Below are positions 42,484 to 55,536 of a stretch of DNA of 64,000 bases, piece after piece; position 1 is the stretch's first letter; every line of letters starts with the position of its first letter. Both the position numbers and the translations under genes were made by a program. Below the pieces are notes generated by a model. That model worked only from the letters and a program-made list of their open reading frames with translations, made no database searches and was not told the origin of the DNA. Origin of the DNA: Geosiphon pyriformis uo1 (Eukaryota > Fungi > Glomeromycota); NCBI GenBank assembly GCA_016748015.1, contig JAAOMT010000200.1:122984-186983 (forward strand). Direction: 5' to 3'.

Positions 42484-43147
42484 TGTTGTCCTGACTGGCC
42501 CGAGTGGCTGGTTACATGTAGAAAGTGCATGATTCACACCTAGTTTAGATTATTTTTTTGATGTATAGTGCTAGGTTGTGTGTAGACCTCACTTGTTAAA
42601 TAAAGAAAAAAAAAATATAATTATATTTATATTAATAAAACATCTATTATTATTCAAATTCATATTATTATTACTTAATTAAAGAAATATTAATTCATTT
42701 TATACTATTAATATAGAGTATTGATAAAATTCAATACTTAATCATACTGGACTAATAGCTCTTAATTATGACTATTAATAGAATATTAATTTTTTATTTT
42801 ATTTTTTATTTTATTTTATTTTATTTTTTTTGTTGTTTACTAATTGATTAAAGAATTAAGTACTAAGTAATTAACATTAAGAATAGCCTAATAAAAAACT
42901 CAAAAACAAGAGTAAAAATTTAAGGATAGTTTATTAAAAGAGTACAACTGTCAGAATAAATTGGTTATCATGCTAAAAAAAAATTCACATAATAAAACTA
43001 TCAATTAATTCTCTATTTATAATACAAAAAACTTAACCAAAATCTTTAAACTTCAAAATCTTCAAAAACCATTATTATCAACAGTTATTAAGCATCAAGT
43101 TACAGGTTTGTTATTTGTTTTAACATTCTAAATAATTATTTATAATA

Positions 43148-44691
43148 TTGCCAAAGCATTTGTACAAATATTATTTAAAATATCTAAATGTTTTTTAATC
43201 TTTGACCAAATCATTAAAAAATTTTTGCCACTAATTAAGTTTGCAATGTGCCTTTTTTCTATTTAGTAATAGTTTTGAAAATTAAGACCCAATATTTCTA
43301 ATTTTAAGATATATATATCTATAGTAATTTGATTGTCTAAGTATATAATTATAGCACAAAAAGAAAGCACATATTTCAAAATCAGAGCAACAGTCTGTAA
43401 TTCAGCTATTGTTAATAACAATAATCTATTAATCTTAATACCAACTTTCAGATCAACTTTAAAAAAATATGTGGCAGTCTTATTAATCATAGCAGAAAAA
43501 CCCAAACCTTTTAAAAAACTATATACATAGTGATTGTACTTAACTAAATCTTATAAAAATGTTCTTTCAAAGTTAAAAACTAATATAACAACACAATACT
43601 ATTATTATCTAATTTAGAAATTATGTTAAAAAAGACCAGTACAAACTTAGTACTGTGCAGAAATTTTAATACTAAAACAAATTAAGAAAGTACTGGTCTT
43701 TTAAGATCCAGTTTTTTTTAACAACAAAATGTTTTTTAATCTATAACTTCACTCTGCTCATTCAAAAGTTTGTCACAAAATAGTATACCAAATTTTTTTA
43801 AGAATTTGACTTTCTCATAATACAATAAAGCCTCTAAAATACTTAATATTGAAAATTTGCCAAAATTAAAGAATACACAAAGCAAATTATTCACCAATGA
43901 AAAGCCATTGTCCAAAAAGATCTGTATTACTTTAGCCAAAAAATTGGTAAAAAAACTAACATACAATCTCACTGGATGTTGTAAAAAATTTAAGAGGACT
44001 CATTCCAAAATCTGAAAATTCAAAAATCTATGTTTAAAAAGCTAATTAAAGATTTTAGAAGCATTTGCAAAGACAACAGTTAAAAAAACCTTCTTTTTAG
44101 CTTAAATTTGTTTAAATGTTTTCAGATTATACAATAAAAGATGATACAATATTTTACTTGAAAAGTTATAAGACAAACCAGTCTTTGATTTAAAACTTTT
44201 TTTAATTAAAAAATTTTATTAATAACAAACTCCTGGAGAAATAAAACTGAACTGTAAACAATAGTTAATAATAGGTTGCAAAACTGCTAAAACCAGATAT
44301 AAGAACTGCTTATTTATGACAGTTTTCTTTAAAACCATATTTAAAAAAATTTAACATTAGATTAAGCTTTAATTAAACTGGGCTTGAATATTTTATTAGT
44401 AAACAAGAAGATTTTTAAATATTTGTACAGCATATTACTTTTAATAATTGAAATAGGTAACTTATTAATTCTTAAAAAAGCATCTTTAATCTTCTAATTA
44501 ATAAGAATAACCACTGTTTTGTCATTATTAATAAAGATATTATTAATTGAAAAAAATTTGCTAACAATGTTTAATATATATTGTATAAAAGTTTAACTAT
44601 TCTCAATCTAAATAGTATTATTAACAAATACACCAGTTGTAAAAAATAAGATTGTTTTTTTTATAGTCTTTACTTTTTCTGTTTTAACCAC
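43148..44691 (-). mobile_element. Old LINE copy 4, segment 2 (RT C-terminal part to RNase H)
   Basis: ELQTVAL and other ORF2 remnants; reading frame continues across the LTR-B TSD (…NALA|NRTA…). Confidence 0.85.
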
Positions 44692-44790
44692 TGTTACAGT
44701 TCAAGAATTTAATAGAAATTATAAATAATATAAATTAGCCAATCATAAAATAGCACAGCAACAATTTATAAAAAGAAATTATTTACAAAT

Positions 44791-44899
44791 AACAGCAAGC
44801 ACTATTTTACAATAGCAGCAAACACTATCATACAATAACAACAAGCACTATTTTACAATAGCAGTAAGCACTATCATGCAAAAGCAGCAAGCACTATTT
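44791..44899 (+). repeat. 23-bp tandem repeat, ~4.7 copies, inside LTR C
   Basis: Units such as AACAGCAAGCACTATTTTACAAT and AGCAGCAAACACTATCATACAAT alternate. Confidence 0.9.
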
Positions 44900-45317
44900 A
44901 AAAATAATGAAAATAAAGTATTACAAGATGTTATTTTGTAAAACAATAATTATATATATACAATAGTTTTTAATGATAAAGAATAGAACAGCTTCAACTC
45001 GAAGCAACAAATATTTAAATAAAATCTTATTCAAAAAGAATTAATAAAAATAATAAATTGAATAAACATCACAATTACGAAATTAACAATAGAATTCACA
45101 TACTCTCTTTAGTGAATGAAACTATTATTCTATCTTTGAACCCTTTAGAAAAATAATTCCTGATCAAGATTATTCACGTAGTTACTAATTAAATTGAAAA
45201 AGCTTTATTATATACTTAGAGAAATCATGAAAAGGTCATTAATATTCCATGTTTCTAGATTAGAAAAACACATTAGGCAATTACAAGGATAGCCTCAGAT
45301 AAGACCCCAGACAATGG

Positions 45318-46326
45318 TGTTACCAGTAGAATTTTAGCTATTAATTAGCAGAAAAATTACTCTTATAATTCCTATAATTAATTAGTATATTAATATCATT
45401 TCAAATTATCATTTATTATTTAATCAATTATCACATATCACAATTCAATTAAATAATCCAATTAGTATAACAGAAAGTAGGATGATCAAATTACACAATA
45501 CTCTGAACTTTGTAACATTCTAAAATTCGCCAAAATTTACAGAAATTTGCTGAAATTTATAAGAAATTCGCCGAAATTTATAAAAATTTGCCGAAATTAT
45601 GAATAGTTCACTCAAATTAATCAATAGTTCAGCAAAATAACTTGTAGTTCATCAAAATGTATCTTTAGTTTGCCAAAATTTGAGCAAAGAGAAAAAGTGC
45701 AAGTTCATAGACTAGTACTATAACAAGTTGTATAAAAGAAGAGCTTTTTTCTTCAAGAAAATGTATTTTACTTTAGATTTATCACTAGAACTATTCCTAT
45801 ACACACAAAAAGAAATAAATATCAAATAATTTGAAAAACCAAATTTTTTAATTATTGCACTTGGAAAATCCCCAAAACCCAACTAACGTTTTGAAATTGA
45901 TTAGCTACCAATTTCAGTAAACTGTTAGTGACTCCAAGCCTGAATAGAAAACGTTTTTCTTGACAGAATTCAATTTCTTTTATATTTTTTATATTTTTTT
46001 TTATTTTCTTACTATAATTATTAAGGTAGCCTACAGATGAGATTTCTGTAGAAGGGTTGACTTTCACAACAAAGTAACTACACATTTTAGTGAGCTTCCA
46101 AATGAGCAATTCCTGGAAAAGAGTTGGCATTTACTACAACATAACTATACAAAGTAACTGGCACAGAATTGGCCATTCCACTTATAAGCCCAGTAGTTCA
46201 AATTATAAGAAATAATTTGAAGATAAATTCAGTTATTGGAGGTTCAACTACTTCTAGAAAACGTGAATTTGCAACCAATAAACAGTTACAACATTCAAGA
46301 AAAGAGACCAAAAACTTCCAGTAACA
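45318..46326 (+). repeat. Solo LTR of family A (~1009 bp)
   Basis: TGTTACCAG...CCAGTAACA; homologous to 6764..7747; no PBS follows; internal ~21-bp tandem repeats at ~45522-45600; TSD imperfect (ATGG/GCAG). Confidence 0.88.
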
Positions 46327-46543
46327 GCAGGTAAATTTCAGATTAGCCTCTAGGAAAAAGTACACAACATACAAAGACAACTAAAATTAAAGAAAAGACT
46401 TACATCACAACATCAAGAGAAAACTTTCAGTATATTATCATTAATATCCAACACATAAAATTAAAAAATTCATGAGAGACTGATTGTAATTAAAATGGAA
46501 TATCAATAATTAAAATATACCAAAAAAACACACTTCTGTAATA

Positions 46544-47395
46544 CCACAAATCTGGTATTAATTCAGTATCTACATAGATAGTTTTGTTTCTTAACTTTAC
46601 ACAAAAAAGAATCATAGAAAATTTTCCAAAGAAAAAAAGAGAACATTTCACTTTAATTAAGTTTATTATGTACCTGATATCTATATGTAAGACCAAAATC
46701 TATCTTAATTCTATTTAATCTATCCTTATAAATACTGTCAAAGAAACTGATAAATTTCTTACACATTTTAATATATTACAAACTAGTTTTTAGATGGTAC
46801 TACTCAATTAAGTTATATGTCTTGTATATGTTTTAAAAAATTAACCAAACCTCTTTGTTTTTTTTTAGAACATTATTAACTATTGAACCAACAGCAAAAA
46901 TAGGAGGCTGTATTAAAGTACCTTTTAAAACAAAAAGTTATTTTTATAAGAACACTAAATTTGCTACAAGCAAAAGAGATTTAATTTAAAAAAATCTTAA
47001 AAAATTTTTTTTGGCTGTCTTAATCAGAACAATAAGTTAAGTATTTATTAAAATTTTATCTTATTTATATAATTTAAGTATCATCAAAACTCACACTCTT
47101 TTTTATAAAATTAAAACTGCACCCAAAAATAAGCATAAATTTAGAGGTTTTAGAAGACACTTAAGAATATTATTACTACAATATTTCCACAATTCATTAT
47201 GAATGCTATTTAAATCAGCAGTTTTTCTATCTGGTAAATCTTTGATTATTTAAACCAATTCTTTAAAACCAATAATACTTATAATATTTAAAAACATATT
47301 ATTATCTACATAATACAAAGGAGCATATTTACTAGTCCAAATTCTAGACAAAAATTTGAAAACCATCTGTTTTTTGATTCAACTCTCTATAATAA
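46544..47395 (-). mobile_element. Old LINE copy 4, segment 3 (RT N-terminal half)
   Basis: Degenerate minus-strand RT remnants (LPDRKTA, QPPIFAVGSI), collinear with copies 1-3. Confidence 0.82.
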
Positions 47396-50300
47396 TGTTA
47401 TGATTAAAATTTATAGTTTTTATTAGTTATTACATGTATTAGCCACTGATGTTACATAATTAGTCATTCTATTTTTAGATAGTAATTAATAATTTGACCA
47501 TTGATCTAATCATTAATCTGATCATTAATCTGATTATTGATAACTTTTAATAGCTATATAAGTGATAAATCTCTTAGCTATAAAAAAACATGTAATAATT
47601 AATATAGCAATTGATTAAAAATAAATAAAATAACAACTATTATCTTAATTTTTTTTTATTGCTTATTTTTTTTTCCTTATCTTCAAGTATTTGAACATCT
47701 TAAAATAAAAAATTATTTTTTGGCATTTACTTATTCTTTTTCTGAATTTATAATTGTAATATTTGAAGATTATTAAATAAAACATAACTAAAGAGCACTA
47801 ATATAAGACATAAAATTATATTAATGTATTATTATTTGTTGATAGTACAAACTACTCTTTTATCTTCAAATTCTTTGATTATATTTTGAAAAAATTAACA
47901 ACTGAGATATTTTATGAAATTAATCTTGTATATTGAATTCATACTTATTCAATTTGCTCCTTAAAGTTGAATTCTTTTTTGATCTATTTTATTATTATAC
48001 AATCTTGTTTTTTTTTGCTATCTATTAGCTTATTACTTTAATTTATAACATAAAAGTAGTGCTTCTTGTGAGATTGTCAAAATTTACTTTGTTTTTTATT
48101 GTATGGATAATTGTTTATACTTGTTATAACAATTAGAAAAACATTTTACAACATATAATAAAAACAATCTAAATTTTATTGAACTTAATTTTTTGTTCTT
48201 CTGCTTAATCTGCTTTCTTGTTAAAAACAATTTAGTAGACAATTTCAAGATTTTTGGAACTGGTTTCTAAATGAGCATTTAGCTAAAACCTATACAGCTT
48301 ATATAATCTATTTCTTTAAATAAGCTTATTTTGAAAAAATTTTTAAAGAAAGAAACAACAATATTAATTAGCTTTTATACTCAATAATCTTTAAAAAACA
48401 GCCTTCTAATTTTGAATATTTGAATCATTAAATTCACATTTGGATTATTGCTTATTAGTTAATTGGAACTCTTTTTGAAACAGAAAAAGAAAGTTACCAA
48501 ATTATTTCTGTTTTTGATCTCTTTTTAAATAAATCAGATTATTCTATACAAACAGCTATTTCTGAACCAATAACTATTAACTTTATACAAGCAGACATCT
48601 TAACTGCTCTCTAAGAAATACAAACTGCTTTAGGACAAAAAAACAATATTCCACTATTATTATTCAGAAATAATACATAAGATCTAATTAAATGGTTAGA
48701 TAATTTTGAAAAAACAGCTACAGCCAACTAATATAATACTGATTACAAGTTTTAAATTGTTGGTGGCTATCTCCAAGGCTTTTTTGCTACTTGGTTCTTA
48801 CAAGAAATTAATACTGGTGTTCTCCAAAAAATTTTTAAATAGATACTAATAAATGCTGAAAAAAAACACCTCTTTTATTATTTAGTTTAAAAACAAATTC
48901 AGAATCTCAATTTTAATATTTAAATGGCACATAAAATTAAAAAAAAGAATTCAAGATCCTGGTAAAGTTGTAATTAAATACACTAAAGCAATAAAAAAGC
49001 TCATCAAACAAGTAAACTTTAAAAAAAATTGGACAAAAGAACAAAAAATATATTTCTTTACAAAAAAATTAAAAACTAATTTATCTTATGTTTTTTGGTT
49101 TTTTTTAGTCCTAAAAGATAATTTCATAATGAATATGGCCATTAAGTTTACACAAAAATAAAAAACAATCAAAGAATATATTTGGGATTAATATTTCTAG
49201 TTTTTGTTTTCACTTTTATTCTGGTTTCTGCTTCTTAAATAGCTGCTATTTTTTTTGCTGTCCAAATTTAAAACTTCAATAAACAATTAATAAATAAATA
49301 TACAGCCAATCTTGTCCAGTTATTAAAACCATTAGCCTAAGCTGTTAGAGAAACTTAGCAACTTTAAAAACTTAAATTTAAACCCTATTTTAATCAGTTT
49401 CAACAACTCTTTTATTAAAAACAACAAAATTATAGTTTACTTATATGCTATTACTGTAAATAAACTAAATATTTTTCTAAAGATTGCAACAATTTTTCTT
49501 TGTTTTTTCTAGTTTCTAAAAACAATAATAACCAAAATAACAAATTTATTAATAATAATATTTCTAATTAAAGATTTAATTATGCCAACATTAATTTCTT
49601 TGGAAAAAATTTCTTAGTTAAAGCCATTTTTTAACAGTTTTTAAACTGGTAAATGTACTTTCAAAGAGTGAAAATACAAGCCAACCAAAAAAAACTTCTT
49701 TTATGCTTTTAATCTAATTGATAATAATTATAACATGAATAAACTAATTATCAACCCTTTTGAATCCACAAAAAAGAAGAAAAAAGCTAAGATTGATTTT
49801 ATTTTAGAATTCAATAAAGCCTCAATTTTCACTGCTAATAACAATAAACCATTAAAAACCAAAGTTTTTAAAAATTCTCCAAAGTTGAAATTGCCAAAAA
49901 TTGTACAAAAATCTGGTCCCTATTCTGTTGTCAAAGATTTTATGAAAACTCCAGTTTACATTATTTTTGGTTAGTTAATAATCTATTAACAATTCAGAAA
50001 AAATTTTTACAAATCATTGATTTCAAAGAAAAAAACACCAAAAATTAACAAGTGCTCTCAACAAACTAAACTTACTAACAATAGCAATGTTATCTTTCTA
50101 ATCTGCAAAGCTTAAGTGACTGGTTACTTTATTGACTTGATCTTAGATAGTGAATTATTTGTTAATGTTATTGTCAAACACTTTTTAAAAACCATTGGCA
50201 GAAAGATTAATGAATCTTTTACTTAATTAATAACTAATATATATGATGACAAAAAAAAAAGTCTGAACATAGCCAAAGCTATTCTTGTTTGCATTAATGG

Positions 50301-53300
50301 CATCAATATTGAAACCAACATAGAAGTTTCTAAAGTTAAAGAATATATTATTATTGTTGACAATAAGTTGCTTAAGAAAGCAAAAATCTTACTGGATTAT
50401 AAATTTTGTGAGCTAACTATCAAATATAATGAAAAACTTATTGTGGTTAAGTATTGTTATTAAACAATTTCTTTAATACTTAAACAATATCCAGAAAAAA
50501 AACAATCAGATAAATCAGATAATGAAAAAAGCAATGAAAAAAAATGAAAAAAAATGAAAAAAAACTGCTAAATTTGTCTATACTATTTTTATTAGCAATA
50601 ACAAATCACTAAATAATGTTAAAGTAAACAAATAAGATATTATTATAAATAGCAAAATAATTTGCTGGCTTTATTACAACATATTCAGAAAAATTTTTGA
50701 CCAAAAACCTGACAAGAAAGCCAAATACAGCTATTAATAGTATGGCTCTTATATTTAGTGCTAATGCAATAAACCATTGTATTTTTTAGTAATAAATACA
50801 AGTTTTGCTTAATCTATTACAAAGATTGAAAATTAATTAGCTTAATATCCAGAAAAAAAATAAAAAAAGTACAAAATTTTTTAAGAATGAATCACCAAAA
50901 ATTTAATTAATAATAATAGAACAAAAAGAATTCTTCTTAAAAAAATAAATAAATATTAGAAACTTGCTAACTAGAAATAGCCCAGTTATTTCAAAAGAAG
51001 ATAATACTTTTAAATACACATATATAATACAATACACTATTACTACCAAAAAAACTTGTCATATCTATTTAAAGTCTTATTAATCCAATTGCCACAATAA
51101 TAAATTTATCAAAAAAGAAATAAACCAGATGAAAAACCTTAAATTTATACAAAAAACCAAGAGTAAATAAATATTTCTAGTTGTAGAGATATTTAAAAAA
51201 AGTAGAACTCTATACTTCTATATTGACTACTGTCAATTAAATACCATTACTAAAAAAACATATACCTACTTTTCAAAATTGATATAATGCTAGATCAATT
51301 CAATAATACTGCTTTTTTTCTAATTATTAATTTAACTGCTAGATTTTAACAAGTAGAGATGAATTCAGAAAGCAGAAAAAAACTGCTTTTATTATCAAAT
51401 ATAGTACCTATAAATTTACTGTCATGTTTTTTGGTCTTACCAATGCCTTTTCTATTTTTTAATATCCAATAAACAAAGTATTTGAATTAGTAAAAGAAAA
51501 CTTTGTTCTGGTCTATTTAGATAATATAATAATATACTCAAAAACCTGGAATAAACACTTTGAACATTTACAAAAAATTTTAATCTTTTTAAAAATGCTG
51601 GTCTTATGATTAATTTAATTAAATCTTTTTTTGAACAACAATTCACTCAGTTTTTTGATTATTTTATTACAAAAAATAAAATTTTTTCTGATCTAGTCAA
51701 GATTGAAATATTAAACAACCAATAAACATTTATAAACTATACTTTTTCCTTGGTTTGGCATCTTATTATTGAAAGTTTGTTAAAAATTTCTTTAAAATTA
51801 TCTTTCTTTTTAATCAGCTACTTAAAAAAACTGTTGATTATCACTGAAACACACATAAATAAAAAGTTTTTGAAATCTTAAAGAAAAAACTAGTTACTGA
51901 ATTTATACTTATACAATTTGATTTAAACCAACTTTTTATTTTTTATATTGATGCATTTGGCTTTGAACTTAGTACTGTTTTTTTTTAGAAAAACAAATAT
52001 AACAAAAGAATATATTATAGTCTATACCAATCAATTATTTTTTCCAATAGAACAAAATTATTTAATTACTAAACAAAAATGTCTGACAGTAGTATGAATT
52101 ACCAGTTATTAAAATAAATATTTTTTTGGTGCCAAATTTCTGGTGGTAACAAATTATTAAGTCTTGGTTTGACTGCACAAGAAAAAAAAGCTGGAACACA
52201 AATAAATAACTTACTGAATACTCTATTTGGATAAATTTGATTATAATATACAATATTACAAAAGAGCTTATTATCAAAATACTAATGTTTTTTTTAGACT
52301 TATTATCCAGTAATAATACAATCTTCACAAATCAAACCAACTTAATTATTAGTAATTTCTTTACAAACAAACACAATAATAGACTTGAACAACTACTCCA
52401 CTTTAATAAAATTTTTGAGTAAAAGACAATACCCATCAGATTATACTTAATAGAAAAAAAACATTTGCAAAAACAATCAAATTTTTATTTAATCTACCAA
52501 AACCAACTTAAAAAAAAACAAAAAAAATCTTAACTGTTTCCAAAAAGTTATTAAATTTGAAGAAAAAGAAATAGTAATCTATAATATATACACTAATCCA
52601 TTAGCTGAACATTTTGAAAAGACTAAAACAATTCAGAAAATACTTGCTTACTATTATTGACCTATTTTAGAAAAAGACATTGCTGAATACATTAAAATCT
52701 GTAATATCTGTTAAAGAAAAAAAACCCAATCACAAAAAAGACATTTATTCAATCTTTATTGATTAACTATTTGACAAAATTGGTATAGATATTGTTAAAT
52801 CTTTAATTATAATTTCTAATGGCAATAAATACATTATTATAGCTACTAACTATTTTACAAAGTGAGTAGAAGCAAGAGCCATCCCAAATTAAACAGCAGT
52901 CTCTATTGCCAATTTCATTTATGAAGATATCATTTGTTATTATGGTCGCCCTAAAAAACTTTTATCTGATAGAGAAAGAGCTTTTTTTAATACACTAATT
53001 GAAGAACTTTATAGAAAAATAAAAATATATTAAAACTTTCTTTTTTTATTACTTCCAAACAAATAGTTTAGTAAAACATTTTAATAGAACACTATGTAAA
53101 ATCCTAACCAAAACCAGTAAAAAAACAAACTTATAAGACAAAATATTGTTTTCAGTTTTGTTTGTTTATAAAACTGTAAATTATAACATAACAAATTATA
53201 AATTATTTTATTTGTTCTATAAACAAATGACAATATTGTTATGGTTGAAACTTATACTTCTTATTAATTATTATATGTATTAGCCACTAATGTCATATAA

Positions 53301-53912
53301 ATTAGCCACTCTATTTTTAGAAAATAATCATTGACTTGATCATTGATCTGACCATTGACCTGATTATTGACCACTTTTAATAGCTATATAAGTGATGAAT
53401 CTTTTAGCTGTAGAAAAGCATGTAGAAAATCAAGAAAATTAAATAAATAAAATAACAACTTTCATCTCAATCTTTTTCTTATTACTAATTTTTTTTTCTC
53501 TACCTTCAAGTATCTGAACATCTTAAAGATAAAAGACTACTTGTTGGTATTTCCTACTCTTTTCCTGAAACATGTAATTGCAGCATTTGAAGATTATTGA
53601 ATAAAACATGACTGAAGAGTACATCTGATACCTAATATTGAATTCTAAGAATGCTGACATGAAGCATAGAATTATACTAGACAAGATCAATTGTTGACAG
53701 TACAAACTATTTCTCTACCTTCAAATTCTCCAGTTATCTTTTTGAAAAGTATAGCAACTGAGATATTTTATAAGACTAATTTTGCACATTGAATTCCTAC
53801 TCATTTAATTCGCTCTTTGAAGTTGAATTCCTCTTTGATTATTTCCATCATCCTACAATCCTGTTCTCCCTTGCTATCTGTTAGCTTGTTACTCCAATCT
53901 GTAACATAAAAG

Positions 53913-53929
53913 TGGTGTTCTCTGTGAGG
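53913..53929 (+). promoter_or_regulatory. Primer-binding site TGGTGTTCTCTGTGAGG (possibly elongator tRNA-Met type)
   Basis: TGG 6 nt after the LTR end; decayed homolog at 48057 in D1; tRNA identity tentative. Confidence 0.65.
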
Positions 53930-54127
53930 TTGTCAAAATCTACTTTGTTTCTTATTGTATAAGTAATTATTCATACCTGTCACAACAATCAGAAGAACAT
54001 TTTAAAGTACACAACAAAAACAATCTAAACTTTATTGAACTCAATCCTTTGCCCTTCTGCTTGATTTGCTTTCTTATTGAAAAACAATCCAGCAGACAAT
54101 TCCAAGACTTTTGGAACTAATTCCTGA

Positions 54128-55508
54128 ACGAGCATTCAGCTGAAACCTACACAGCTTATACAACCTATTACTTTGACCAAGCTTATTTTGAAGACAACTT
54201 TGAAGAAAAAAACAACAGTATCAATCAGCTTTTATATTCTACAATCTTTGAACAACAGCCCCCTGATTTCGAATATCTGAATTATCAAATCCACATTTGG
54301 ATTGCTACCCATCAATCAACAGAAACTCTTTTTGAAACAGAAAAAAAAAGCTATCAAACTGTTCCCGTTTTTGATCTCTTTTTAAGTGAATTAGAACACA
54401 CCACACAAACAGTTACACTTAAACCAATGGCTCAAAACCCTCTACAACAAAACATTCTGATCACCCTCCAAGATATACAGACTGCTTTAGGGTGAAGAAA
54501 CAACACCCCATTACCATTATTCAGAAATAATACCCAAGATCCAATCGAATGGCTGGATGATTTTGAGAGAGCTGCCACAGCAAACCAATATAATAATGAA
54601 TACAAGTTCCAAATTGTTGGTGACCACCTTCAAGACTTTCCTGCTACTTGGTTCTCACAAGAAACCAATGCCAATGCTTAGCAAAGAATCATTAGATAGG
54701 CACCAACAAATGCTGAAGAAGACAATATCTCTTTCACTACCTGGTTTGAAATAAAATTTAGAACTTCCATCTTAATTTCAAAATGGCATATGGAATTAGA
54801 AAGAAGAACTCAAGGCCCTGGTGAGGTTGTGACAGAATATGCCAAAGCAATAAGAAAACTCATAAATGGATAGACTCTAGAAGAAATTGGACAGAAGACC
54901 AGAAAATACATTTCTTCACAAAAAGACTGAGAACTGATTTATTATATGCTCTTTGGCCCCTCCTGGTCTTAAAAGATAATCCCACAATAGATATGGCCAT
55001 TGAACTTGCTCAGAGAATAGAAGACAATCAAAGGATGCACTTAGAATCCACACTTCCAGTTTTTGCTCTTACTCTTGTTATGGCTTCTGCTCTCCAAATA
55101 ACTGCTACCTCTTTTGCTGTCCAAACTCAAGACCCAAATAAACAGTTAATAGATAGACTTACAGCTAATCTTGCCCAGCTATTAGAACTATTAGCCCAAG
55201 CAGTCAGAGACAACCAGCAACCCCAAAGACCCAGATTTGAACTCCACTTCAATCAGCCCCAGCAACCACCATATTAAAGACAGCAAAATTATGGCCCACC
55301 TGTGTGCTATCGCTGTAAACTAACTGAACACTTTTTCAGAGACTGTAACAATTCTCCATTGCCTCCTTCAACTCCCAAAAATAATGACACCCAGAATAAC
55401 AGACCCAACAATAATAATGTTCTCAATCAAAGACCCAATCATGCCAACATTAATTTCTTTGGAGAGAATCCCTTAGTTGAAGCTACTGTTTACTAGCCTT
55501 TAAACTGA
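54128..55508 (+). pseudogene. gag of D2 (start uncertain)
   Basis: Capsid-like DPIEWLDDFERAA and CCHC knuckle CYRCKLTEHFFRDC; stop at 55506-55508. Confidence 0.85.
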
Positions 55509-55536
55509 TAGGCACATCTCCAAAGGATGAAAGTGC
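55499..55536 (+). promoter_or_regulatory. -1 ribosomal frameshift signal (T TTA AAC plus downstream stem)
   Basis: Heptamer is in gag phase immediately before the gag stop; the -1 frame is open into ORF 55595; heptamer conserved in D1. Confidence 0.75.

Larger units (their letters stand above)
35816..42611 (+). mobile_element. Full-length LINE copy 3
   Basis: TSD AAAATATAATTA (35804-35815 / 42612-42623); ORF1, ORF2, 3'UTR and A-tail. Confidence 0.95.
35546..43147 (+). repeat. Solo LTR of family B (35546-35815 plus 42624-43147), interrupted by LINE copy 3
   Basis: TGTTACT start and decayed TATAATA end; 4-bp TSD TTGC on both sides; the joined halves align to 8165-8859. Confidence 0.85.
44692..46543. 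repeat. Solo LTR of 'family C', interrupted by a family A LTR
   Basis: TGTTACAG...CTGTAATA termini; perfect 4-bp TSD CCAC (44688-44691 / 46544-46547). Confidence 0.85.

Noticed and set aside
42493-42600. tRNA A-box-like TGGCCCGAGTGG in the LINE 3'UTR (tRNA or SINE?)
   Set aside because: No proper B box or cloverleaf; better explained as a 3'UTR hairpin. No hammerhead core found either.
44791-44899. Regularly spaced repeats suggesting a CRISPR array
   Set aside because: Direct tandem units without unique spacers, inside an LTR in a eukaryotic context, with no cas genes.
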